Below, in pieces: positions 49,139-60,929 of a stretch of 64,000 bases of DNA. Position numbers and translations under genes: made by a program. The notes below the pieces were generated by a model that was not told the DNA's origin, searched no databases, and worked only from the letters and a program-made list of their open reading frames with translations. The DNA comes from Dipteris shenzhenensis (taxonomy: Eukaryota): the NCBI GenBank assembly GCA_047967505.1, contig CM106538.1. One strand, given 5' to 3'. Numbering within the stretch: the first letter of the stretch is position 1; each line of letters begins with the position of its first letter.

Positions 49139-49589
49139 CACACTTCTAACTATCGTGCAAGAACTTCTGCGCAACTACTCGCACAAACAAACATGTGAAC
49201 TTCTCAAAAGTTCTCAAAATCCACTTTCAACATTGGTAAGACAACAATCCATTCAGCCCTACATCTACCACTAATGGCATCCCACTACACGAGCCTTTCA
49301 ACAGAGAAATTGCAAGAAATATCACAACTCTATCAAGATCTTCAACTTGTTGTCTTCAACGAGGTGTCCTTGATTGGTCATAGCACATTAGTTGCAATAC
49401 ATATGCGCCTACACGAAATCAAGCACAACCATCTCCAACCATTTGGAGGACTTTATGTTCTCTTATGTGGAGACTTATGCCAAGCTAGCCCAACAAAAGA
49501 TGCATGGATCTTCGTCCGAACAATCCACACAAACATCAATGCAAAAATCATTTTGGAAAGATAATGTCTTGCAATATGAACTCACAACT

Positions 49590-50030
49590 CTTTGCTACTG
49601 GAGCATAAGTCTCATCATAATCCTGACCATATTGCTGTGCAAATCCTTTTTCAACTAGTCTTGCTTTGTATTTTTGAATACTGCCATCTGGATTGTACTT
49701 CACTTTGTATACCCATTTGTTTTATATGGCCTTATATCTTGGTGGAAGGTCACATAATTTCCAAGTATTATTCTTATACAAAGCATCCATTTCTTCATTC
49801 ATAGCAATTTGCCGTTCTGGCTTGTCGACTGTATCTTCAAAGTACATTGGCTCTTCTATAGCCATGATGGTAGTCATAAGAGCATAGTTAAATTGCTTTG
49901 CCTTTCTGAGCATGATATGTCAATCTGGTTGGTGGTCTGCTTTCCATAGTAGACCGTTGAAGCTGCTATGGCTCTGCTTGGGGTGTTGCTAGCAATTCTT
50001 GCGCTTCTTCATCAACCTATTCTGTAGTTG
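49590..50030 (-). mobile_element. Copia RT N-terminal fragment
   Basis: EEPMYFED...AMNEEMDALYKNNTWKL, followed by a frameshifted KWVYKVK...YKARLV. Confidence 0.85.
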
Positions 50031-50045
50031 ACTATTGTGGGCGAG

Positions 50046-52530
50046 TGTAGCCTAAACATATTTAAGAACTATTTACCTTAATGGGAGTTCGTTATGCAAC
50101 CGCTGATGAGGTGTGTCTGCAAATTAGCAAGCAACTACCATATGTAGTTAGTTAGTGGTTTGACTCATGGATCTGTCACATAGTATTCTGAATGCGGATA
50201 TGGTGTTGTCGATTAGACTCTCTTTTGCCTAGTTCTATGCTTACTTTATATGCTGTTGTTACAAAAGCATTTGCAATATAAGAAATATGTAGTTGTTCAC
50301 TTCAATTGATCATCTCTATGGCACTCAATCTTGAGTTGGTGTATTCTGTTTCAGAAGCTCTGAATGTATTCATGAAGATACCGTATGTTTACTAATAGGT
50401 AGATTTGAGGATCTAATCTCTACCTATTACACTGGTGATCCTGCAAATAAATCGGGCATTTTGACCGAATGCAGCAAAGGAGTTGAAAGACGAAGTAGAT
50501 AGGCAACATGTCGAAGCCGTAGGTGTTCTACCCCCAAGGGGATGGACAATCAGAACAACTTAATCGAATCCTGAAACACTTGGTGATCAAAGAGATTAAG
50601 TCAACACAATCTGCACCTCAAGAAGGAACAATTGGCAACAACCTTGGTAGGCAATGCCATGAGTTGGTTCATTCAATATGATATAAATCACTTTCCGGAC
50701 TATGATGTTCTGAAACAAGCTTTTTTGTCAAGATTTTGACAAGAGAAAACGCCAGAAGCAATCCTCAAGAAACTTCGATAAATAAAACAAAAGGATCTGC
50801 TGGTAGAAGACTACGCTCAAAAGTTCGAAAATCTGAACCAGAGGCTAGTCACCACGCAGAGACCGATTGAGGGTTAAAAAAGGAATTGGGGGATTACTTT
50901 TGCAAAGGGTTAAAAAAGGAATTGAGAAGTGATGTGGTGGGAAGGGACATGTTGGCAAGAGCCAACGACTTTGACAACATGGTCGCAGCGGCACAATGTG
51001 TAGAACAGAGATTTGGTATGACAAAAGCAAATCAAAGAAGGGGAAAAAGAAGGAGGCAGAGGATTCAGATTTGGACACAGATTCGGACGAAGACTCTGAC
51101 ACCGAGAGTGAGGATGATGATATGGAATCCGAGTCTGAGGAAGATGAATCGGATGCTTCGGATGATGATGAGGACATGAAGTCCAAGAGAAAAAGGGAAA
51201 AGGAATCCAAGAAGGGAAAGTCCAAGGGGAGCTCCAAGTCAAAGAAAAAAAGAAAAAGGCAAAAGCTTCCTTAAGAAGCTAGAGGAAAAGATAAAAAGGC
51301 ATTTGAAAAGTATGGGGCTATCAAAAGCCGGTTCATTTGAGAAAGCTCATTGTGAGTTCTGCCTCAAACGAAATCATGATAGTGCTAATTGCTGGTACAA
51401 TCCGAATTATAGGGGGTAGTTGCCTCACATGCAAGCTGCTGTAGCAGTGGCACAACCACCTACAGCCAATCAAGTAGGGGTAAATGAGAAGACCAGCATA
51501 TCAAAATTGGGGAAACAATCCTCGACAAGCCAATACAAGTACTGATGCACATAATTGCACATATTGTGGAAAAGTTGGACATAGACAAGGTCCATGATGT
51601 GAACTCTGGTGTAAACATCGCAATGAGAGGGGCATCCCAATTGTTCAATACCATACACGATCACAAACGCAAAATGCACCTCATCCACCACAAGCCTAGG
51701 CCAATGCTGTGATAATACAACTTGAGCAGAATGGGGTAGGGGAAGGATCGAGAAAATTGAAGTAGATAAAAGCACAAAAGAAGAAGGGTATGGAGCTAGT
51801 ATTGGCTATTTTATGTGTTTGCTCAGGATGTCAGCAAGAAAGTAACATGTTAGAAGGACAAAATGATCCGACAGCACTGGCTGTAATAAGGTCTAAAGGA
51901 CCAATCCCAAAGGAGGAAAAAATACCAATGGCAGATAAATGTAAACACCCAATTGATTGGGATGAGCAAAAGAACGTTTGACATGAGGTTCTTAAAGCCT
52001 TGGATAAGGTGAATGCAGAGAAAAAGGTTAAGTGGGCATTGATGGACACCACACAATCTATACATGCCCAAGGCAAAATGGATGTATCAGTACAACTAGC
52101 AGAGAACAAGGTCCAACCTCAATGTGCAAATCCAGCAATGATTGAGGTGGAACCAAAGGAAGATCAGGCTGGCGGTAAAAGGAGCATAGTACAACCCGAG
52201 GTATCTAATAGGCCAGACGACAACCAGAAAGTAGACATTCTGAAAAAGAAAGGGGCTTGCAGAGAGGCTTAGCAGAGGATTGGCATGCTTAAGGAATCAG
52301 AAAAGGAGGTTACGAGGGAACAAGAAGAATTGTTTCACAGCCTGCTCAAGGCGAAGATTAATATCACACTGGATCAGCTTCTCAATCTAGTACCGGAATT
52401 CAAAATGCAGTTGTTGGCTAAGTTGTCAGTTAACATGGGGAGCCTAACGGATAAGGCAAAAAAGGAAGAGGGAGAGTCTTTTGAAGTTGAACCAACTGTG
52501 AATGCAGCACAAATAGCATCACTATGGATG
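50046..52530 (+). mobile_element. Ty3/Gypsy relic: 5' LTR (~50046-50431), PBS-like site and gag
   Basis: TGTAG...TTACA then TGGTGATCC. Retrotrans_gag-like GNAMSWF...LKQAFLSRF...VEDYAQKF...YFCKGLKKELR, an acidic tract, knuckles CEFC....H....C and CTYCGKVGH, and ITLDQLLNLVP. Confidence 0.7.
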
Positions 52531-52579
52531 AGAACCAAAACAATCCTACCAAAAGAATCAAGTCCATGCCTTTAACTAT

Positions 52580-54045
52580 CACCAAGGAATACAAGATACT
52601 TCACATTATTGCTCTATGCAAGGACCTACCACTGATTGGGCATCTTGCATGAATTGGAATGTGGATCATGTTTGACAAAGCTACCATCACTATTAGGTCC
52701 AAGGCCATAGGGGCCCCATAGGGATAGTTATTGTCTAAGGGGTAGAGGTAGAAGACCTCTAAATATTAGTTTCATATGCTAGTCCAAGATTGGAAAGAAG
52801 CTTCAAGCTATGGCATCAAATATTTGTCCACAATGGACACTTGATTCTTCATGTAATACATAGATAGAGAATGGTGGATATGATCCCACCTATCACAAGT
52901 ACCCTAGAAGCCTATTCAACCTATAGGCCAAGACACTGACCAAAATCAGGGGTTCACTCCAACATCTATGGGCCCATGCCCATGAAATCACTAACCAAAT
53001 TTGTGCACTTTTCTTTTACCTTCTCCAATGACTACACTTCAATAAGAGGATCTACACGCTATCAAAAAGTCTCAAGCCTTTAACAAGACTTTCATATGGG
53101 TGAAGGTAGAGATTTTATGTCAATGGAGTTTGTCACCTAGTGCAAGAATGGTCCAATATAATTGAGTAGCTAAATAGAAGAATTGAGTAATAGTCAACAT
53201 GGCACTAAGTGTATTGAAGCAAAAGGACATTCTTGGTCTTTAAAGGAAAATTTAGTCAGCAATACTATGCATATCCTCAACTAGAGTATAATCTTGGTAG
53301 ATGAGGAACTCACACCTTTGGAGGGATATTTTGAGAAGAAGCCAATTATCAAATTCATAGAAATCTTTGGTTTTTTAGATCCAAGGATTGTGGGTCCATG
53401 TTCATAGTGACACATGGAAGAAGATCGACCAACAAAGCTAGAAGTGCATCTTCATTGGCTACACTAAGGAGTCAAAGGCTTAATAGTTGTACCACACAAA
53501 ATAACAAAAGGTGGTGATTAGCTAGGACATGTTCCAATAGACCTACTTTGGATCAAATAGTAGAATATCCTTGAGATTGCACATTCTTATATACATGGGA
53601 CTAGACCCAAATCTAGGATCAAATGACAAGGGGTCCAATCTAGATTGGGACCTTGGAATAACAAGATTCTAACAAGGGAAAATAGCAAAAACTTTGGTAT
53701 GTCAAGAAGCTAGAAAACTCTTGGAATGCCAACATTTGGATGAATAGTTTTGAGGGGTGGTAGAGGGCTAGGAGGTGAATATGCCAATCATGATCTATGG
53801 TCTAATGGGGATGAGTTCAAATTGATCAAGTATCCAACATCCTTTGAAGAATCAGGCAAACCACATTGGCAATCCTAAATCCTAAACCCTAAACCCTAGC
53901 CCTAACCCAAAAAGCTTTGTATATATTCATTCTTTACAAGTAATCTAGTGTACTATTAGGCATTCTTGGTGTGATCTCTAGTTGTGACCTCTTTCCATTA
54001 TCACTCTCACCTCGACTCTTCCTACTTTGTAATGGTATTAGAGTA
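52580..54045 (+). mobile_element. Highly degenerate Copia integrase relic plus an LTR-like segment related to 31068-31280
   Basis: QNG/VA.RKN and KCIFIGY remnants near 53140-53460. TTTGTATATATTCATT...AATCTAGTGTA is shared with the 31068 LTR. TGGTATTAGAG is PBS-like at ~54033. Confidence 0.55.
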
Positions 54046-54203
54046 GATTCATGCCTTCCATTGAGGCTTTTCTACCTTCCATCTTGTGGATAGTGAGTAG
54101 ATTTTCATTCCAAATCACCATTTGGAGCAATATAGAAATAGATATGGTGTTTTGAGTATTCATGTGTTCCTTGGGATAAAACTTTGTGTGATTTTGAATC
54201 CTA

Positions 54204-54207
<4 letters not shown>

Positions 54208-54270
<63 letters not shown>
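54208..54270 (+). repeat. (GT)n(GA)n compound microsatellite
   Basis: Directly visible. Confidence 0.95.
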
Positions 54271-54272
<2 letters not shown>

Positions 54273-54429
54273 CAAGGCCCTATTGAAATTCTCAAGATAC
54301 TCTGACATTTTTTTGTATATTTCTAGAAATATTGTTCTAAAAATACAGAATGAAAACAATTTGTGTCTTGCAAGTTAGATAAGAATATGTAGATAGGCAA
54401 CTTGGGTGTCCATGATAGAAGCTAATGCC

Positions 54430-55030
54430 AAGGTGTTGGTAGGGTTGTTACTCTAGGAACTTTAGGGTGTAGGCTAAAGCTTGTGAAGACTCGATAATGG
54501 TATCTTTTGTTGGCTTTTGGAAACAATCCAATGAGCTAGAAGTGGGTCTATGATACTCAAGATTATAAAAAGTGTGATCGAAGTGGTAACTGATCTAACT
54601 GTTTACATGTGTGGAACTCATTGTTTCGAAATTGGCACTTCTAGTTCACTATCACTAATCATTTCAAAGGGAAGATTAGCGCCATTATTTATGTAAAAAT
54701 TGTGCGAGCTCTCATCAGCAGCCTTCAACAAGAATCACTTCTAGTTCACTAATCATTTCAAAGGGAAGATCGAGGGAAGATCAATTGATGAGGCTTCTTA
54801 GCTCTCTTATCTTGTAGCTTCTATGTGCTTCTCTTGCAAGGCATGGCAAGCTATATGTTGTCATTGACGCCATGGCCATGATTAGTACAGAATAGATCGA
54901 AAGAAGCTAGCTGGTGAGCCAAGCAAAGAATAGAAGACAACTTACCTAAAAGAAGACAATGCCAAACCAAAGTCTGTGCAAGGTCACGTTGAGGTGCATA
55001 GGGGTTGTAGGGCATTTGCAAGGCAGGGAA
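54430..55030. repeat. Internally deleted copy of 56420-57622
   Basis: 54430-54770 matches 56420-56755, and 54820-55027 matches 57410-57620. Confidence 0.85.
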
Positions 55031-55584
55031 ATGTCTAGACATATTTGCAAATACATGATTTAGAAAGAGGAATACTAGAATCAAAGAGAGAAATATGCTC
55101 ACTATGAGACCGAGGGAGCAAGCATTTTTTATCAAGACCTTATATTTCAAAGCTAGTTGTGTTTTGATGATAGAGATAAACGTAATAGGGTAAGCACATA
55201 AATACTAAAATCCTTGACATACTTTGTATATAGATGGAATATCCTTGCCATACACTATTCTAGAGAAAGAAATTCTAAAATCCTTGACATATACTTTGTG
55301 TAGAGATAGAATATACTTGAAAAACACTTTTCCTAAAGATAAAAGATACTTGATATACACTTTGTCTAGAGAGAGAAGATCCTTGTCATGCACTTTGTGT
55401 AGAAATTGAAACTCAAGAACATGTTTACTTATCTTACTAGAAAGAAGCTCCCACTCTTTAGGGATTAGTGTTCACTTCACTTTTCCCTTCATATGTTTGG
55501 TCTCCTTGTGTCCATGCTCCCTCAACAAATCAATGTGTGATATCATTATCTAACCTTGTAGTCTCCCATCCTTCCCCTCACTTC

Positions 55585-55608
55585 CTCCCCCCCCTCCCCC
55601 CCCCTCTT

Positions 55609-55650
<42 letters not shown>

Positions 55651-55655
55651 TCTCT
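55585..55655 (+). repeat. Poly-C plus (CT)n microsatellite
   Basis: Directly visible. Confidence 0.95.
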
Positions 55656-56200
55656 TAGATCGAGTATTTCTTTTTCCCCTAAAAGAGAAGGTTTAATTAT
55701 ATTACTTCTTGCATATACAACTTGTTCAACTAATAAAGATTAACAATGATTGAGAATAGGAGAAAAGAGATCATACATCAATTATACAGTGCGAGTCTTT
55801 GGACTTGGCTATGAAGCCTCCAATCAAAGCCTTGCCATCATGCAAGATAGCCCATTCGCCTTGTTCTTTAGGCTGCCTTTACCTTTGTTATCTCCAAGGT
55901 CTTAGTATTTAGTTGATTTACTTCAACCCTTGGTTCATAGGTTGCCACATGCCACCTTATTTGCCACCTCTGAATCAATTTCCATGTCAGCTGTTTGGTA
56001 GTGCCCAATCACCTGCCACATCCTCTACATAGTCAACCATGTGCCACCTCAGCACACAATGCCACATAGGCACACTCTTTTGTAAGCAGCATGTGACCCT
56101 CAGTCTGCCACCTCATCAATTTGGGACCCCCTCTAGGAAAAAGTTTGGCCCATCCTTCCAGGAGCCATAATTTTTTATCCAATTGGAATTTGGAGGTGAT

Positions 56201-57622
56201 CTAAAAACCAAAGTCAACTGTTGGAGCCATGTTGGTCCTTCTGATTGACAACATCTTTGACATTGTGTGCCCAAGTAGTTTCTTCTTTGTTTCAAGAGAC
56301 ACCAACATAGTTAATGTCACCCTCTTTGCAGCTAGTTGATCTAAGCTGTGCATCTCTTTCACTTTCTGTAGGCCATTTCTTAGACTAGAGAGCATCGCCT
56401 CTTGGGCATGCATCTCTCGAGGTGTTGGTAGGGTTGCTACTTTAGGAACTTTAGGGTGCAAGCTAAAGCTTGTGAAGACTTGATAATGGTAACTTTTTTT
56501 GGCCTTGGGAAACAATCCAATGAGCTAGAAGTGGGCATATGATACTCAATATTATAAAAAGGGTGATCGGAGTGGTAACTACTATGACTGTTTACATGTG
56601 TGGAATTCATCGTTTCAAAATTGGCACTTCTAGTTCACTATCACTAATCATTTCAAAGGGAAGTTTAGCACCATTATTCATGCAAAAATTGTGCGAGCTC
56701 TCATCAGCAGCCTTCAACAAGAATCACTTCTAGTTCACTCATCTTCTCAAAGGGAATATCCTTGGGGGGTTCACCTCACAAAATTTTAGTATACCATGTG
56801 CATTCAAAAGGAGAGGTATTTTAATGAAACTTTTGGAAACAATTTAATAGATTTACAATAATAGGAGGGGTTTTTTAATTCAACTTTAGAAAAAAATTAG
56901 TTAGTTCATAAGTAAAGAGGGGTACCTTTATTGGGGGGGAAATTTTAGTTGAGGGGTTTTTCAAATACACCTTGAATACATGTGATACCTAGGGTTGACT
57001 AGTAGTGCACCCCCTGAGGGAAGATCAATGCCCTTATTTACACAAAAATTGTGCGAGATATCATCAGCAACCTTCAGCAAGAAATCAACATGTGAGAGGA
57101 GCTCTTCGACAAGTAGTTGAAGAATTGGTGGATAGAGAATAGGCCATAAGTAGCCTGATGTTGCTGCCTCAAATGCTCCTACCAATCGTGACACCACAGC
57201 TCGTGTTCTTCGCTCCAATGGCAATGATCAAATACGTGCATTTGTAAACAACCGCTTCTTATTGTGCTACTCTGTAAGGAGTCTTATTTCTTCTTCTTGT
57301 TTCTCTCTTTGCAAATGTTGCATAAGTGTCTTCCATTTTCTTTTCAATACCATGCCATTGCTTTCCTTGACTCACAATTTGTTCCTTGTGCCTAGCTTTC
57401 TTGTCTTGCAGCGTCTATCTGCTTCTCTTGTAAGGCATGGCGAGCTGCATGTTGCCATTGATGCCATGGCCACGATTAGTCTAGAATAGATCTAGAGAAG
57501 CTAGCTGGTGAGGCAAGCAAAGAATAGAAGATAACTTACCTGAAAGAAGACAATTCCAAACCAAACTTTGTGCAAGGTCACGTTGAAGTGCATGGGAGTT
57601 GTAGGGCATTTGCAAGGCAGGG
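56201..57622 (-). pseudogene. Fragmented, probably spliced coding relic of unknown TE origin
   Basis: ORF 56201..56515 and other short minus-strand ORFs separated by AT-rich, intron-like segments. The region is duplicated at 54430-55030. Confidence 0.3.
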
Positions 57623-60600
57623 GCGTTTCCTTGAACCTCACCAAAAATGGCTACACCCAAGCAAAAAGAAGCACAACCTGAACACTTAGTATAATTGCAT
57701 ACTCCTCTTAGCTTCCAAGAAAAGATGGTGCAATTTCAAGGACAAATTTTGGGATCCAACACTAGAAGCTCATGAGAGTCACTAAACGTAAATATTATAT
57801 ATCCCATCTACCCAAGGCCTATTTTTCAAACACCCTATTTGTGAATATTTTATGTTTAAAAGACACCCTTGCTATATACAAGTTCGTAACTTTTTTAATA
57901 CCACTTTGTAAATATATATCTATCAAAAACATAATTTTAAAATGCCTATCTATAAAATGCGCATGATAGTCACATTTATTTATACATGAACCTCGAGAGT
58001 AGAAAAAAAGAGTGGCCATTAAAAAACAAAAGAAGACTAACTTAAACCACCCTAAAAGAAAGTGAAGATTAACTTAAACCATCCTAAACCATAAAAGCTA
58101 TAAGGTTGAGATTAACCTAAATCATCCTTATTAAGGACAAATGACATGTTGTTAGCTGGAGGAGAATGAGAAAATTCATTTTTTCTCTTCGCATTTTGTT
58201 TTGTCAACATTAGAGAAAGAGGGACAAAGTCTAAGCATTTGTTGGAAGTAGGGTCCCCTTTCAAACTACAAAACCCACATCTGGACCCCTCTGAAAGTGC
58301 CTCTACCATAAATGTTCTTGCTGGAGGGAAGGAGTCCACCTACCCTCCTAATAATATAAGAGAAGGATTCTTCTTTTTCACAACCATGGTCCAAAATTTT
58401 CTTCCTTGTCTCAACTTGTCAAGATCACCAACCTAATGTCCTCTATTTCTACCAATTAGACCTTCCCACGAGTTGGGCAAAAAATGCATACAAATATTAT
58501 TTGAAATCCTAAGAGGAGGCCTTAGTGTACCCTTCTCAAGAGGAGGCCTTAGTGTACCCTTCCCCACACACTTCCTGCCAAAAATGACAGAGAGAAGAAA
58601 GAGATTTCATGGCTATTTTGAATAGAAGGTGCAAAAAAGTGCCATGGAGGGCCAACACAGAGTTTTTCCACGTAGAGTCAAATAGTAGGAGGATGTGGTG
58701 AAAATCGCGTGGCACTAATAAAGAGTGGCTTTATTAGAAAAAGTTTGCAAAATTCTATTGAGCAATGCATAAGTTATGGGTGATGCTACAAACCTATATA
58801 CAGAAAATTCCCTGAACCTCACCAAAGATGGCTACACCCAAGCAAACGATGACCCGTTAAACAATTAAACTATCCCATAACTAGCATTTGACCTAAACTA
58901 GCACAGTGATATATTGCATTATGTTCCAAGCACCGGGCTGGTTTAGGACAATCACATTAAGTTCAAGCCAGCCTAGTTTAGAAATTAAGTTAAACAATTC
59001 AACTATTCCAAAACTCATTCATAGACAACCATCGCGTTGGTTTAGGAAACCACTCACTTGAGTTGTATCAAGCATGTGTTTGATGTGCTTCTCCCACTTC
59101 TTGCATCTTGTCCAATGTTTGTCGATGTCCTTTCTATTTGAATTTTGGAGAAGCTCTCGTATTCTCATGCCACAACATTGTTGCTCAACTATTAATGTTT
59201 TAAGACCACCATGCAGTAGTGCCACTAGTTTGGATTCCAAATTTTTAATTTGTTTTGGTTTTCAACAAATTAATACATGAAATGTTTCATCAAAGAATAT
59301 TTTCCTATCAGCAAACACAAGGAATGTTGCGCAAAGGATGAAGAATTTATCAAGAAAAAGTTATGGAGTGTTGCATCGAATAGGTGTGGAAAAATTTAGC
59401 ACAACATTGGAGGCCCCTTAAAGTATACCTAAGATTCTCAATTAGGCATGTTCTTGGGTTGAGGAGAAGCTCACATAGTGTGGCTTCGAATGACTACTTG
59501 GTTGCATGTATGTGCATAATAAAATTTTGATGTTTTTGAATTAATTGTTATATCCTATACTCTTCACTATTCAAGATACATGCCTTACCTACAAAATAGC
59601 ACTTGTAATGCTTTAACAATCTTGGTCCAGATCTTTATTCCATATTTCTTTAGTCTCATGTTCAAGATTGGAATGTGTACTACTACTTGAAGAAAAAATT
59701 TGACGAATTCCGTTGAGCTATGCATAAGTTATGGCTTCAAGAAAGATACCTATATACAAAACATGGCCTGAAACTCACCAAAAATGGGTACGCCCAAGAA
59801 AACAATGACCAAAGCCATTTGTCTTATAGTAAGCTACCGGGACTGTTAGCAGAAGCAACAAACAGGAGGCTCAAAACTTGCAAGATTACAATACCTTACA
59901 AAGTGGCACTACCATGTACAACAGACCACAAGAAATGTATGAAAGAACCTAATGTCAAGTGTGCTCCATGAATCTTCCTGCTTCATGTAACATGGAGTCG
60001 TTACTATCGATGCATGTACAAGCCTTGGCTACTTGTCTCCATCACAAGCAAACACAAGCCTCTACCGAAGCAAGAAACAAAGAGGTCGAGGGAAAAAGAC
60101 AGGGTGAGGGTGAGAGAGAGTGAGCAGGCCCTAAGGCTAGATATATCTATGCACAAAACTAGTCATGCCACAATTCAAATTTGACTTTTGAGTAGTTTTT
60201 AGGATAGAATGAACTTGTAACAACCTCAAAACTCAGTAGTAGGTAGGGTACCTGGCTAATACTCCCGTATTTTGTCTGTGCATTTCTGAAGCCCTCTATT
60301 CTAGTATGCAGCATGATAAATTGCCTCTAACACTCATGTTCACCTTATGAACGATCCAGCAATGTGTCTGCTGTGGATGATCCCCACAATCAAAAATAAT
60401 TGATCATGTTCATGATTTTGAATATAGCAAAGGCTTGCCATCAAATTGTTGACTGCTACGACTGTACACGAGACCTTTGTAAATGTAAACTGGTTCTGGA
60501 AAATGGTATTTGTTCTTCAAGGCTTGCGACATTTCAGCATATACGTTCTATCCTTCCTCTCATTGGCTTCCCAAAATCTGCTCGTAATTGTTTGCCTCCC

Positions 60601-60929
60601 ATTGTTCGCCCCTCAAAATTTCACATGATCGAACATTGGTTTTGTCAAGTCTAAGAATTTTCGACTCAAAGTCACTCTTGCTTGTGGTCTTGCATCCTTC
60701 TTAGTGATATCACGAAGTCATCTTGCTTGTTGCAAGTAGTAGAAAGCTTGTATAAAAGACAGCTTTGATCACCATTAATGTGAAAAAGTCTATAGAACTT
60801 GGTAAGATTGTTTCTTTAACACAACAACACAAAACAACTATAGACGCACTTGATAGATGTGCAAAATGACCGACATGTCTATAGGCATTGCTAGAATAGC
60901 AAAAATACGAGTGCATCTAATAGCGCATG

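Larger units (their letters stand above)
39679..49590 (+). mobile_element. Helitron-like RepHel pseudogene (Helentron/Helitron2-type), split by a Copia insertion
   Basis: CICC...CTLC; RIPFAQIREL...GSIVNV...LPR; FSPLGIF...EELSFPKLF; MLRQLGLPTFFVTL (~41500); EFQDRESQHDGLLW (~41762); WGANTNVQF...SYMTK (~42245); Walker A GNAGKGKT (43185-43208). After the insertion come the PIF1 motifs TTIHSAL, NEVSLIG and PFGGLYVLLCGDLCQ. Confidence 0.9.
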
